Assembly (NCBI GenBank): GCA_001817065.1
Contig: MHHQ01000005.1
Coordinates: 18,651 to 82,650 of the forward strand
From: Candidatus Andersenbacteria bacterium RIFCSPHIGHO2_02_FULL_46_16
GTDB taxonomy: Bacteria; Patescibacteriota; Andersenbacteria; UBA10190
Length of the DNA stretch: 64,000 nucleotides
Direction of reading: 5' to 3'
Positions 45,896 to 55,999 of the stretch are shown here, in pieces; the stretch's first letter is position 1; each line of letters starts with the position of its first letter. The notes under the pieces were generated by a model. The model saw nothing but the letters and a program-made list of their open reading frames with translations, had not been told where the DNA came from and did no database searches. The position numbers were made by a program, and so were the translations under genes.

Positions 45896-47302
45896 ATGAC
45901 TGATGAACAGCTATGGAAGGCAGCGTTGGGTCAGTTGGAGCTTAAAGTAAGTCAGGGAAACTTCTTAACCTGGTTTAAGTCTACTAAGATCCAACACCGA
46001 CAAGGAGGAAAAGTGGTTATTGAAACACCCTCTGCGTTTACGTTCGAGTGGTTATCTAAGAAATATAAAATGCCGATCCTGGAAACCTTACAAGGGCTTG
46101 ACGCGAGTATTATCAACATCGACTTTACGATAAGCTCAGCAACTGCCCGACAAAGAGTACTCAAAAAAAACTTTCGGGTGATGGCTCACAAAGTGGCGAA
46201 AAAAGCACCAACGGAAATAATAGGGGAGGGCAACAAACCAGCAGTAGCGCCAATCGCGGATAGTCAGGCGCAGCGATTAGCTAAAACCCTTAACCCAAAA
46301 TATGTTTTTGATACCTATGTGGTCGGCCCCAGCAACGAAATGGCTCACGCCGCTTGCCGCGCGGTAGCGTCTAAGCCAGGGGAAGCGTATAACCCGCTAT
46401 TTATTTATGGCGGCGTTGGTTTAGGAAAAACCCATTTATTGCAGGCGGTGGGTAATGAGATACTGAAGAACACTCCGTCAGCGAGAGTGTTGTACGCATC
46501 TTCAGAAAAGTTTATTAATGAGTTTGTCCAGTCAATCAAAGAAAGAAGAACCCAGGCCTTTAAACAATATTACCGGGAAGTTGATGTACTAATCATAGAC
46601 GATGTGCAGTTTATGGCGGGTAAAGGGAAGACGCAGGAAGAGCTTTTCCATACATTCAACGCCCTCCATAGTCAGAACATTCAAGTGATCCTGAGTAGCG
46701 ACCGATCACCGCGGGCCATACCTACCCTAGAAGAAAGACTGCGCTCACGATTGTCCGGAGGAATGATTGCCGATATAAAACAACCAGACTACGAAACACG
46801 TTTGGCAATTATCTCAAGTAAAGCAGAGAAGCTTGGCAGCACGATTGACGATGAGTCACTCGCGTACATCGCTAAGAACATTCAAAAGAACGTGCGCGAG
46901 TTGGAAGGAGCCTTAAACCGGGTTATTGCCCACTGTGAGCTAAGTAACAGTAAGGCAAGTTTGGAATACACTAAAAAGATATTGGAGGGGATATTAGAGC
47001 AGTCAAACCAAAAAACGATCGACTCTAAAAGTGTGCTGGAAGTAGTTAGTTTGTACTACAACATGTCGCTTGACGACCTGTGCGGCAAGTCTAGAAAGAA
47101 AGAGATTGTCCGGCCGCGCCAGATTGCGATGTACCTGCTGCGCAAAGAAAATCGCGTTTCTTTTCCAACTATCGGTGATTATTTTGGCGGCCGAGACCAC
47201 ACCACAGCGATGCATGCCTGTGAAAAAATTGAGAAGTTACTCGAACACGACGAAGAGTTATTGCAGGAACTTAACTTTATCAGGGAGCGTCTCTATGCAT
47301 AA
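45896..47302 (+). CDS. dnaA: Chromosomal replication initiator DnaA
   Basis: Walker A 'GGVGLGKTHLLQAVG', 'VDVLIIDDVQF', C-terminal DNA-binding helix. 468 aa. Confidence 0.95.
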   Translation: MTDEQLWKAALGQLELKVSQGNFLTWFKSTKIQHRQGGKVVIETPSAFTFEWLSKKYKMPILETLQGLDASIINIDFTISSATARQRVLKKNFRVMAHKVAKKAPTEIIGEGNKPAVAPIADSQAQRLAKTLNPKYVFDTYVVGPSNEMAHAACRAVASKPGEAYNPLFIYGGVGLGKTHLLQAVGNEILKNTPSARVLYASSEKFINEFVQSIKERRTQAFKQYYREVDVLIIDDVQFMAGKGKTQEELFHTFNALHSQNIQVILSSDRSPRAIPTLEERLRSRLSGGMIADIKQPDYETRLAIISSKAEKLGSTIDDESLAYIAKNIQKNVRELEGALNRVIAHCELSNSKASLEYTKKILEGILEQSNQKTIDSKSVLEVVSLYYNMSLDDLCGKSRKKEIVRPRQIAMYLLRKENRVSFPTIGDYFGGRDHTTAMHACEKIEKLLEHDEELLQELNFIRERLYA

Positions 47303-47604
47303 CGTCAATACCTCAGTAGTTTTATTTCCTGTGGATAGACTGTTAAAAGAAAGGAGAAAAGATGTTGAAAGAGCTAGGGGTAAATATTTAATACACACTG
47401 TTTATGCCCGATTTATTAGTAAAAACCGCCATTTTATCCACGTTTTATCTACTATAAATATTGCTTTACAAGGCTTTATAGCACCGATATCCACATATTT
47501 CCCCTGCTCTACTACTACTACTATATTAATTAACTAGACGTACGTAGAAGCACTGCCTTGTGGGGATAAAGGAAAAGGTTAAATAAAAAACAGATAAAAT
47601 ACCT
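47303..47604. promoter_or_regulatory. Candidate oriC (dnaA-dnaN intergenic): DnaA boxes plus AT-rich unwinding element
   Basis: DnaA-box-like 9-mers CTATCCACA (reverse complement of 47330-47338), TTATCCACG (47434-47442) and ATATCCACA (47487-47495). AT-rich 'tactactactactatattaattaa' block at 47510-47540. Confidence 0.55.
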
Positions 47605-48708
47605 ATGAGATTTATTGGAACACAAAAGAATTTAGTAGAGGGGGTAAGTGCGGTGTCGGCTCTGGCTGGCCGTAATCCACAGCTGCCTATTTTGCAGAAC
47701 GTGCTATTAGAAGTGCGTGATGGAGTTTTGAATTTAACATGTACTGATTTAGAGGTGGGGGCACACGTGACAGTGGTTGGTAAAGCGGAAAAGGAGGGTA
47801 GTGGCGCAGTGTCGGCAAGGCAGTTGTTGGAGTACATACAACAATTGCCTGGTCTGGAGCCGGTGATATTGGAGTTAAAAAAGACTAGCTTAATGGTCTC
47901 AACGAAAAATTTCAGTGCCCAATTTCCAGTTATGGCAGTGGATGATTTTCCGATCCTCCCAATACCGCAAGACAAGGACAGGGTAGTGGTTGATAGCCGC
48001 CTGTTTTGTCAGAGTATTTCTAATACTTTATTTGCCGCAGCAAAGGACGAAACAAGACCTGAGATACATAGCGTGATGGTAAGCGGCGGAGAAGATGAGA
48101 TAAGGGTGGTGGCGACGGACAGTTTTAGGTTGGCGGAGCAGGTTTTGCCTTGGAGTAAGAAGAACAAGGAATTTAGTTTTTTGTTACCAGTAAATGCGGC
48201 GCAGGAGACAGTGAGGTTATTCGGGGGAAAGGATGAATTGGGACTGTTAATTGAACATAATTACATTGCTTTTCAGTCGGAGGGATGTAATCTTTCAGCC
48301 AGACTGATTGATGGTACTTATCCGAATTATCAACAAATAATCCCAAACAAGTTCAACTCTAACTGCGTGGTTGATGTGGAGGAGTTTTTGCGAGCACTGA
48401 AAGTTTTGTCGGTTTTCATTCCGAGGGAGTCTCGGCGGGTGTCTTTAAAGGTGAAACCGGAAAAGGAAACAATAAATATAAAAGTGGAGGGAGGGGAGAG
48501 TGGTTCAGGCGAGGTGGACGTAGGAATAGAAGGAACAGGCAAAGAAGTTGACGTGCTCTTTAATATTCAATATTTATTGGAAGGATTCCAGCACATGGCT
48601 AGCGATCGGTGCGAGATGTCCTTTGGAGGGGCAAGCGATCCCTTGTTGATAAAACCGCACAACAGCTCGGTTAAACAGCTGTACGTAATAATGCCGATAC
48701 AGGCATAG
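47605..48708 (+). CDS. dnaN: DNA polymerase III beta sliding clamp
   Basis: 367 aa, three-domain clamp, follows dnaA. Confidence 0.9.
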   Translation: MRFIGTQKNLVEGVSAVSALAGRNPQLPILQNVLLEVRDGVLNLTCTDLEVGAHVTVVGKAEKEGSGAVSARQLLEYIQQLPGLEPVILELKKTSLMVSTKNFSAQFPVMAVDDFPILPIPQDKDRVVVDSRLFCQSISNTLFAAAKDETRPEIHSVMVSGGEDEIRVVATDSFRLAEQVLPWSKKNKEFSFLLPVNAAQETVRLFGGKDELGLLIEHNYIAFQSEGCNLSARLIDGTYPNYQQIIPNKFNSNCVVDVEEFLRALKVLSVFIPRESRRVSLKVKPEKETINIKVEGGESGSGEVDVGIEGTGKEVDVLFNIQYLLEGFQHMASDRCEMSFGGASDPLLIKPHNSSVKQLYVIMPIQA

Positions 48709-48710
48709 GT

Positions 48711-49901
48711 ATGGATTTAGTTAGAATAAACTTAACGAACTTTAGAAACTTTAGTCCAAAAACTGAAATTGAACTACCGCGGGCTGGTTTGTTAGTGGCG
48801 GCAGCGCCGAACGCGGTGGGAAAAACAAATTTTTTGGAGAGTATTATGGTTTTGCTGAGAGGGAAGACCTGGCGGGCAAGAATTCAGGAATGCGTTAAGT
48901 GGGGCGAAGATAGTTTTTTGTTGGAAGGGGAGATTGAGCGCCAACAGGACAATGATAGCCGGGTGGCGATTCGCTACCATAAACCATCACGTAAAATAAG
49001 GATTGAAGAGGATGGCTTGCCGGCTTCGGTGGTGGCTTTTTATGCCCACTATCCCTTTGTGATGTTTGTGCCAGAGGATACGTTTTTGTTATCGCGCGGT
49101 CCCGCACAACGAAGAAATTTTATCAATCATGTTCTGGTATGTCAGCCTAACTATATAGCTGCTCTGGTGCAGTACTATCGGGTACTGCGGCAGCGTAATG
49201 AAGCATTGAAGAAGGCGCGTAGCGCGGCTGATATTTCGACGTGGACTGACTTACTGGTGGAGTATGCTACTAGCGTGTGGCGCCATCGGGATAATCTGGT
49301 GACTTATTGGAACGACAAAATTAACGAGATGTACCATAGTTTATCTGGTGAAGAGAAGGAGTTTAGTATTAGCTTGGCTTTTGGTACGCGAGACCGCGAA
49401 AGACTGGTGGATGAACTTAATCAGGCTTTTCGCCTAGAGCATCGATATGGCTACACGCTATATGGGCCACACCGGGATGATTTGGTTGTATTAACTAAAC
49501 AAAAGCGAGTGGCAACGGCTTTGTCGGGCGGGCAAATGAAAAGCTTGGTAGTGGCGTTAAAGATATTGTCCCACCGCTATGTGCGGCAGGTGACGAAGGA
49601 AGAGCCGCTGCTTTTGCTGGATGATGTGTTTAGCGAGCTGGACGAGAATAGACAGGTGGCCTTAGTGGAAAATCTACCCAATACCCAGACGATAATAACC
49701 TGTACTGTTTTGCCGGAAGCGTTACGTCGGCGCGAGGGCGTTTATTTATTGGACTTGCGTTCAATTATTCAAGAGAAGGGTCGGGAGAAGAAGTATGTGG
49801 GAACGGGCGTGGCGGGAGAGGCGGCGGTGAGTCCTTTATTGGATGGAGGGGGGAGAGTCAAACAATATCAAACAGAACCGGAAAAAGTGGCGGTAAATTG
49901 A
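48711..49901 (+). CDS. recF: DNA replication and repair protein RecF
   Basis: Walker A 'AAPNAVGKTNFLESI', ABC signature 'LSGGQMKSL', Walker B 'LLLDDVFSELD'. 396 aa, which is C-terminally extended. Confidence 0.85.
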   Translation: MDLVRINLTNFRNFSPKTEIELPRAGLLVAAAPNAVGKTNFLESIMVLLRGKTWRARIQECVKWGEDSFLLEGEIERQQDNDSRVAIRYHKPSRKIRIEEDGLPASVVAFYAHYPFVMFVPEDTFLLSRGPAQRRNFINHVLVCQPNYIAALVQYYRVLRQRNEALKKARSAADISTWTDLLVEYATSVWRHRDNLVTYWNDKINEMYHSLSGEEKEFSISLAFGTRDRERLVDELNQAFRLEHRYGYTLYGPHRDDLVVLTKQKRVATALSGGQMKSLVVALKILSHRYVRQVTKEEPLLLLDDVFSELDENRQVALVENLPNTQTIITCTVLPEALRRREGVYLLDLRSIIQEKGREKKYVGTGVAGEAAVSPLLDGGGRVKQYQTEPEKVAVN

Positions 49902-49902
49902 T

Positions 49903-50166
49903 ATGACAAAGAGCCTAGCCGAGATAATGAAACTGTCCCGGGTGGGGATTGATGAGTTTGATGTGCGGTACTGGGTGCAGCGGTATGTGGAGGGTTTGTT
50001 GGGGGGAGGGGTGCGTTGCAGGGAAGTAAAGGGTGGACGAATGGTGTTGGTGGCTGAGTCGGCCTGTTTGCGCCAAGAGCTTTATTTGTTGAAGGAAGAT
50101 CTGCGGGTAGCGGTACAGCAAAACACGGGATATGAAGCAAGAGAGATCGAGGTTGGGTATCTATAG
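49903..50166 (+). CDS. DUF721/DciA-like small protein (recF-downstream)
   Basis: 87 aa in the position occupied by DUF721 (YaaB/DciA-like) genes in dnaA-dnaN-recF operons. The motif match is weak. Confidence 0.45.
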   Translation: MTKSLAEIMKLSRVGIDEFDVRYWVQRYVEGLLGGGVRCREVKGGRMVLVAESACLRQELYLLKEDLRVAVQQNTGYEAREIEVGYL

Positions 50167-50171
50167 AAGGG

Positions 50172-53039
50172 TTAGTCGATTGTGACGGTGTGTTTGGCGG
50201 ATTCGGTGGTGTTGCCTGTTTTGTCATAAGCAATGGCGAAGACCGTATAAGTGCCTGGTCCAGGTGAGTCAGGCCAGATGATTTCGTAGCGGTTGGGGAT
50301 GGTGGAATGTGGGTTAGTAGTGCGTCCGATTCGTTTAGTTCCAGGGTCTCCTTCTTTGGTATAGAGGACGTCGATGATATCAATGCCGCTGCTGTCGTTG
50401 GCGGTTACCTTGGCGGTAAGAGGGAAGTTGGTGGCCTTAAGGGTGGAGCCGTTGGTAGGAGTATGTAAGGTAACAGACGGGGGGCTGTCGTCCGGGTTAA
50501 TAATAAAGGTCCGATGGGCGCGGCCAATCAAATTGTCTTCAGTGATAGCCATAATTAACACTGTTTTGCGACCAGAGAAGGAGGACTCGAAAGTCAGGTC
50601 AGCAGTAAGGGGATCGTCAGGTTTTCTGACGGCTACCTCTCGACCATCAATCAGGAAGCGTACTTCCTTGATCTTTTTAGGAGAATCCACTTCGGCCTTA
50701 ATGGTGGTGGGACTATCGGTCAATACAGTGGTATTAGGTTCGGTGATAGAAACTTTAGGCAAATCCTCGGCATTATGAGTGCCGCATTCTAGGATAGGCA
50801 GGGAGTCGGTATACTGGGGTTCTTCTGGTTTGTCCTTACTTTCCGCATTGTGCTTCAGGCGCCACCTGGTGACGCTTTCCTCCCAGCGGTTGAATTGCCC
50901 GTCGTTTTCAGCGTTAGACGGGGCGGCGCCTAGGGGGTGAGCACGAGAAATATAAAACAATATACTATGAATCTCCTTGAAGGTGGTTGGCCGGCCAATG
51001 GCCACAGGACAGTCTAAAGAATAAACCACATTACTGTCAGGGTCCCATTTGCCTTTAACTTCCGGGATCTCTCCACGCAAAATGGCGTGCGGGACATTTT
51101 TGGTCGGTTCAGGTGGCACAAAGGTTTCGATCGGAGTGCCTTCGAGGGCTTGTTTGAAGAAGGTGTTCCAAATGGGGGCGGCGGTGAGAGAGCCGTCGGA
51201 ACGTTTACCCATAGGTGAGTTGTCGTTGTTGCCCGTCCAAACACCGGCGACTAGGCTGGGCGTATAACCAAGCGTCCATCCGTCGCGAAAGTCTTGGGTG
51301 GTGCCAGTTTTAGCGGCGACCGGTCGGCTACCTAAATTAAGATAATTATTGGGACCGAAGGTGGCGGATCGAGTGAAATTGTCCGACAAGACATTAGAGA
51401 CGGTTCTGGCCAATTGGGCAGTGATGACTTGTTGTCCCACGAGTTCTTCTTGGGTGGCATCAAAGAGGGTTTCTTCGTGGTCGGCTGTTTTGAGAATGGA
51501 GCGAAGGGGCTGGCGAACGCCGTCATTGGCGAAGACACCATAAGCGGAAACCTCGTCTAGTAAAGTAACTTCACCGCCACCTAGAACTAACGACAAACCG
51601 TATCGGTCCGGATCATTTAGTGATGACATCCCCATGGCTTGGGCAAGGTCGGTAGCTTCTTTGACCCCGGCCAAGTACAGGGTTTTTACGGCGGGGATGT
51701 TCAGTGAGTTAGATAGGGCGAACCGCATAGAAACAGGCCCGCGTTCCGAGAGGTTGTAGTTTTTGGGTTGGTAGCCTTGGCCAAAGTCGGTTTCAGCATC
51801 TATCAAAATAGTTTCTGGGGTATAGCCTTTTTTCCAGGCAGCGGCATAAACAAATGGTTTTATAGAGGAACCAGGTGAGCGATGGCGAATAGCTACGTTA
51901 ACATTTCCGTCGATTTCTTCATTAAAATAATCAACCGAACCAGCCATGGCGAGAATGTCACCGTTTTTGGGGTCGATGGCAACCAAGGCGGCGTTTGAGG
52001 CGCCTTGCCCTCGGAGTTTTTCCTGCTGCTTTTTGAGGGTGTCCTCGGCGATTGTCTGCAGCCGCATGTCGAGAGTGGTCGTAACTACCAGGCCGCCTTG
52101 CTCAACAACTCGTTCGCCATATTCCTGATCAAGTTGTTGTTTGACGTAGAAGACAAAATGAGGCGCCGAAATAGCTTCAGCCCGCGGTCGAAAATCTAGC
52201 GGCTCTTGTTTGGCCTGCTCAGCTTCCTGTTCGTTGATAAATTTTAAGTTGACCATGCGGTTTAAGATAGATTCCTGGCGGCTTTTCAAGTCTTCAAAGT
52301 GAGACCCGTACGGAGAGTAGTAGGTGGGTGCTTTAGGGAGAGCAGCGACAATAGTGGCTTGAGCTAAGGTGAGGTCTGCAGCAGAGCGGCCAAACAAAGT
52401 TTGTGAGGCAGCTTCTACTCCATAAGATTGGCTGCCGTAAGGAATCTCATTGAGGTACATGGCCAATATTTCCTCTTTACTGAGACGTTGCTCTAGCTCC
52501 ATAGCCAGAACGGCCTCTTTAACTTTGCGGCGGATGGTTCTTTCGGGGGTTAAGATAGAATTTTTAATTAGTTGCTGGGTGATAGTGGAGCCACCTTGAG
52601 CGCGTGAACCACTTAAGGGCTTGAGGATTACACCACGAGCGATGCCTTTTAAATCAATACCGTGGTGTTCAAAAAACTGATCATCTTCAGCGGTGACTGT
52701 CGCATTAATGAGGTGTTTAGCAATACGGTCTAGCGAGACGGTCGTGCGGCGTACCTCACCGATCTCATAAAGAAGGTGGGTGCCAGTGCGGTCATAGATT
52801 TTGGTGGATTGAACAACTTGTCGTGAATTTATTTTTTGGGGGTCGGGTAAGTCGCGGCTCCACCATAAAACAATTGTGGCAAAGGCAAGTAAGCCAAGGC
52901 CAAGCAACCCCAGAGTAATTGGCACAAGCCGAAAACGTAGGCGACGCAAGGAGGAGGGCACAATTAATTTACCGGGGCGGCGGGTGCGCCGCTCGTGATA
53001 TTTATCAGGCGTTCGATTGGTTAGGCGGCGAATAGCCAT
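50172..53039 (-). CDS. Class A penicillin-binding protein (PBP1A: glycosyltransferase + transpeptidase) with C-terminal beta-rich extension
   Basis: GT51 motifs 'TAEDDQFFEHHGID', 'GGSTITQQLIKN'. Transpeptidase 'SPGSSIKPF' (SxxK) and 'KTGTT'. About 250-aa C-terminal Ig-like extension. Confidence 0.85.
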   Translation of the reverse strand: MAIRRLTNRTPDKYHERRTRRPGKLIVPSSLRRLRFRLVPITLGLLGLGLLAFATIVLWWSRDLPDPQKINSRQVVQSTKIYDRTGTHLLYEIGEVRRTTVSLDRIAKHLINATVTAEDDQFFEHHGIDLKGIARGVILKPLSGSRAQGGSTITQQLIKNSILTPERTIRRKVKEAVLAMELEQRLSKEEILAMYLNEIPYGSQSYGVEAASQTLFGRSAADLTLAQATIVAALPKAPTYYSPYGSHFEDLKSRQESILNRMVNLKFINEQEAEQAKQEPLDFRPRAEAISAPHFVFYVKQQLDQEYGERVVEQGGLVVTTTLDMRLQTIAEDTLKKQQEKLRGQGASNAALVAIDPKNGDILAMAGSVDYFNEEIDGNVNVAIRHRSPGSSIKPFVYAAAWKKGYTPETILIDAETDFGQGYQPKNYNLSERGPVSMRFALSNSLNIPAVKTLYLAGVKEATDLAQAMGMSSLNDPDRYGLSLVLGGGEVTLLDEVSAYGVFANDGVRQPLRSILKTADHEETLFDATQEELVGQQVITAQLARTVSNVLSDNFTRSATFGPNNYLNLGSRPVAAKTGTTQDFRDGWTLGYTPSLVAGVWTGNNDNSPMGKRSDGSLTAAPIWNTFFKQALEGTPIETFVPPEPTKNVPHAILRGEIPEVKGKWDPDSNVVYSLDCPVAIGRPTTFKEIHSILFYISRAHPLGAAPSNAENDGQFNRWEESVTRWRLKHNAESKDKPEEPQYTDSLPILECGTHNAEDLPKVSITEPNTTVLTDSPTTIKAEVDSPKKIKEVRFLIDGREVAVRKPDDPLTADLTFESSFSGRKTVLIMAITEDNLIGRAHRTFIINPDDSPPSVTLHTPTNGSTLKATNFPLTAKVTANDSSGIDIIDVLYTKEGDPGTKRIGRTTNPHSTIPNRYEIIWPDSPGPGTYTVFAIAYDKTGNTTESAKHTVTID

Positions 53040-53136
53040 AAGGATTAGTTAATGGATAATCCGGTGTAACAATGCTCAACAAGAGACAAGAAAGCAAGTT
53101 TAGATAATTGGCAGAAGAAATTCAAGGGAGGTGTTG

Positions 53137-54513
53137 TTATAGCCTTTTGGTTGGATCGACGAGAAAGCCTTTAAGGTCACGGCGGCCAATAATCATGTTG
53201 TATTTCATATGCGAACGATCGGCAATGAAAGCCTTAGTCTTGATTTGGCGGTCTCGTAGACGAAGGGTGAGTTCAATAACGGGGCGTTTTTCTTTACCAA
53301 GTGCACCTCGGACGGGAACTTTTTTGTCTTGGACTAGGCGGGTGTGCAGGTGGTGTTTTCGGGCCAGCAGTTCATCTATAGTTGTACGCCAGGCACCAGT
53401 GTCTACTTTGGCAGCGATAGTGTGGGAATGACCGTCGGCGTCTAAGATTTCTACGGTTTCATGCACACCTAGAATTAGATGACCGGAGACATCCTCGATT
53501 TCTTGCTCAACTTCTCCCCCAAAAAGATTTTGACCGAGACGAACGCCACGCTCAGGGGTAGACACCGTCAAGTCTTCCACGCGTTTAAGGCGAGAGAGTA
53601 GGGGGGCCATATTGGCGAGCTGGATTTCTAGGCCGGGCTTGGCGTTAATCTCCAGGACGGTGGGACCATCGTCACGGTCGAGGGCGATATCGACACCGGA
53701 GTAGGCTAAGCCAAGGGCTTGGGCGGATTTGGTGGCGAGGAGTAGTGATTGCTTCCAGTGCGGTATGTGAAGGCCCGACAGGTTGAGTCGTGAACCAGGG
53801 AGGTTTTCAATAACATGTCCGCGGTGGATGGCGGTGGTGGTAATGCCACAGGCAAGGTCAATGCCAATCCCGATGCCGCCTGCATGTAAATTGGCTTTGC
53901 CGTGAGACTCCAAGGTAGGCAGACGAAGCATCGCCATAATCGGCACGTGGTTGTAAACAACAATACGTAAATCCGCCACGCCTTGTTTGGAGTAAGGTTT
54001 AAGGTCGGGGTGGTTTTTTATCCGCTGCTCAAAAAGAGCAACATCGGGGATGTTGGACGGGGAGAAATTTCCATCGAGCGTATCAAGGACGTGTTTGCGA
54101 AGCTGGGGGATAAATATTTCGGTTTTATCGGCTTTAACCCAGTTACCTTTTTTGTTGCGACCAAAAATGACGATGATGCCTTCGCCGCCATAAGAAGAAC
54201 GGGGCTTAATAACGAAGGAGGCGGGAAGTTTAGTCCAACGGAAGCGCGCGAGCTCCTGCCGATTTTTAATGGCGGCATAGAGCCGTGGGGTGGGTAGGCC
54301 AGAGCGCTGCAGCAACTTTTTGGTAGCAAGTTTATCCTGAGCAATTTTTGAACCGGTTGAGATGAGGCTGTGTCCAGTATAGCGGAGGGAACGTGCATTA
54401 AGGCCAAGAAGTTGGCGGGAGGTTTTACGGAAGGCGTTTGGCATGGCGAAGTAGTTCGCGGAAGCGGAAATATTCCGTAATGCGTAAGCCGCCCCATTGT
54501 CCGAGAGCGACAT
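53137..54513 (-). CDS. RimK-like ATP-grasp ligase fused to a C-terminal retropepsin-like ('putative ATP-dependent zinc protease', DTGA) domain
   Basis: ATP-grasp motifs 'VIKPRSSYGGEGI', 'ADLRIVVY', 'GKANLHAGGIG'. C-terminal 'AAKVDTGAWRTTI…GRRDLKGFLVDP' has the aspartyl-protease DTGA motif. The track start overlaps the upstream gene by 89 nt; an internal ATG at 54444 reduces this to 20 nt. Confidence 0.65.
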   Translation of the reverse strand: MSLSDNGAAYALRNISASANYFAMPNAFRKTSRQLLGLNARSLRYTGHSLISTGSKIAQDKLATKKLLQRSGLPTPRLYAAIKNRQELARFRWTKLPASFVIKPRSSYGGEGIIVIFGRNKKGNWVKADKTEIFIPQLRKHVLDTLDGNFSPSNIPDVALFEQRIKNHPDLKPYSKQGVADLRIVVYNHVPIMAMLRLPTLESHGKANLHAGGIGIGIDLACGITTTAIHRGHVIENLPGSRLNLSGLHIPHWKQSLLLATKSAQALGLAYSGVDIALDRDDGPTVLEINAKPGLEIQLANMAPLLSRLKRVEDLTVSTPERGVRLGQNLFGGEVEQEIEDVSGHLILGVHETVEILDADGHSHTIAAKVDTGAWRTTIDELLARKHHLHTRLVQDKKVPVRGALGKEKRPVIELTLRLRDRQIKTKAFIADRSHMKYNMIIGRRDLKGFLVDPTKRL

Positions 54514-55978
54514 TAATTGGAACGGTCAGTAAGATTATTTCTGGATAAGACAGGATCAGGGTGCGGAATAATTCTGAGCTAACAATAAAGTAACAGATAG
54601 TAGAAAGGACGAGTGTCCAGGCGGTGATGGTTAAAGCAGAGCGGACGCCTAGTTTGAATTGAGCAGCAATAAACTCCTCAGCCAAAATAGTGAGAATGAG
54701 AGCAGGAAAGATGGAAAAGGAGAGAATAGAGTTCTGATTATTAGCTACGCCAAACCCGAGAAGGAGCAATAAGCTCAAGCTGACGCTGGTGAGGACTAAA
54801 GCCATACGAGGGAGATACAACAGCCGCAGACGACGAAGCACTGATCGGGTGAGGGTGCCAGAGATGACAATGACAACAAAGACAATCAGGCCGTAAGTTA
54901 GACCCATAACTAAGAAGGAGAGAGTCGTCATAGCGGGAGTGATTAGACCAAACGATTTAATGCCAACAACCTGTCGGGCAAAAGCCAAGATGGTAGCAAT
55001 TACTGGTAACATCAAGATGAGGACAATACTATTAATAGGAATGCCGCGGTTGATCAGGAAGTTGATACCAAAAGACATGAAATTAGTCAGACCTAAGTCA
55101 GACACCGTACGAGCACTAAACTGACCTAAGAGCCGATGTTCGGTGGCAGAGGAGAGAACGACTGTCTTGGCTTCCTCGGGGGTGGTGGTGGTAGAAAGGG
55201 CATCAAGTAGCAGAGGACGAGTAAGCAGGATATAGTTAGGTTGGAGTTGGTCGAAGGCGGACTGAGCGGTGGGGGTAAGAACGCCAAACGGAGTTTCAGA
55301 TAAAAGAACAATACCTTTGTCAGTAAAAGAGGCAGAGTCCTGCGGCAGGTTCTCGGTTGGTTTAATATGTTGGGCAAACTTGGTCAGCACATTTGCGCCC
55401 ACACCACCGGAGGTCCACATGATGATCAAGTGAGACTGGTTAAGAGAGGGGCGCAGATCGAGCAGCTGGCTAGTTAAGTCCTCTTCGATGAGAACTTCTG
55501 GTTGCCCGCTTTTGGCGTGAACTGTGAGTAGTAACACGCCAGCGTCCGCAGCGTGCTGGCGGCTTGTTTCTATCTGGTCGTCTGAGGCGTTATTGTCTAA
55601 AACAAGAACGATCAAGTGATGGAAGACGCGGATTTCTTTGGTGTCTTCATAGATGTTTTGATCAGTGGTGACTTTAAGCTTGACTAAGTAGGAGGCTTGT
55701 TTGCTGTATGCGTGATTTACTTTGCTGCCAGTAGCGCTGGTACCATCACCAAAATCCCAAACAATTCCTTCAACGGTTTCAGAGCCGAGGCTGCTTACTT
55801 GGCTATCAAAACTAAGTGGCTGACCGACAATAGCGTCGCGGGCTGTGCCAGCGCTAATATTAAGCGAGGGTTCATTGGTTGTGTCGGCGTCCTGGTTGTT
55901 TGCTTGGGCAAAGACTAAACCTGGCAATATAAACAAAAGCGGCAGGGACAGGAATAGTAAGATAAGTTTTTTTGGCAT
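54425..55978 (-). CDS. Secreted PKD-domain protein fused to a C-terminal multi-TM domain (7TM 'inactive-transglutaminase-associated' type inferred from context)
   Basis: Signal peptide. PKD motif 'WDFGDGTSATGSKVNHAYSKQASYLVKLKV'. Central soluble domain and a C-terminal region with about 7 TM helices. Confidence 0.5.
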   Translation of the reverse strand: MPKKLILLFLSLPLLFILPGLVFAQANNQDADTTNEPSLNISAGTARDAIVGQPLSFDSQVSSLGSETVEGIVWDFGDGTSATGSKVNHAYSKQASYLVKLKVTTDQNIYEDTKEIRVFHHLIVLVLDNNASDDQIETSRQHAADAGVLLLTVHAKSGQPEVLIEEDLTSQLLDLRPSLNQSHLIIMWTSGGVGANVLTKFAQHIKPTENLPQDSASFTDKGIVLLSETPFGVLTPTAQSAFDQLQPNYILLTRPLLLDALSTTTTPEEAKTVVLSSATEHRLLGQFSARTVSDLGLTNFMSFGINFLINRGIPINSIVLILMLPVIATILAFARQVVGIKSFGLITPAMTTLSFLVMGLTYGLIVFVVIVISGTLTRSVLRRLRLLYLPRMALVLTSVSLSLLLLLGFGVANNQNSILSFSIFPALILTILAEEFIAAQFKLGVRSALTITAWTLVLSTICYFIVSSELFRTLILSYPEIILLTVPINVALGQWGGLRITEYFRFRELLRHAKRLP

Positions 55979-55999
55979 AGTTATAAGGATATCTTTATT

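Noticed and set aside
49868-50383. 171-aa minus-strand Pro/Thr-rich ORF
   Set aside because: It overlaps the plus-strand DUF721-like gene and the 3' end of the PBP gene, and has low-complexity composition with no motif.
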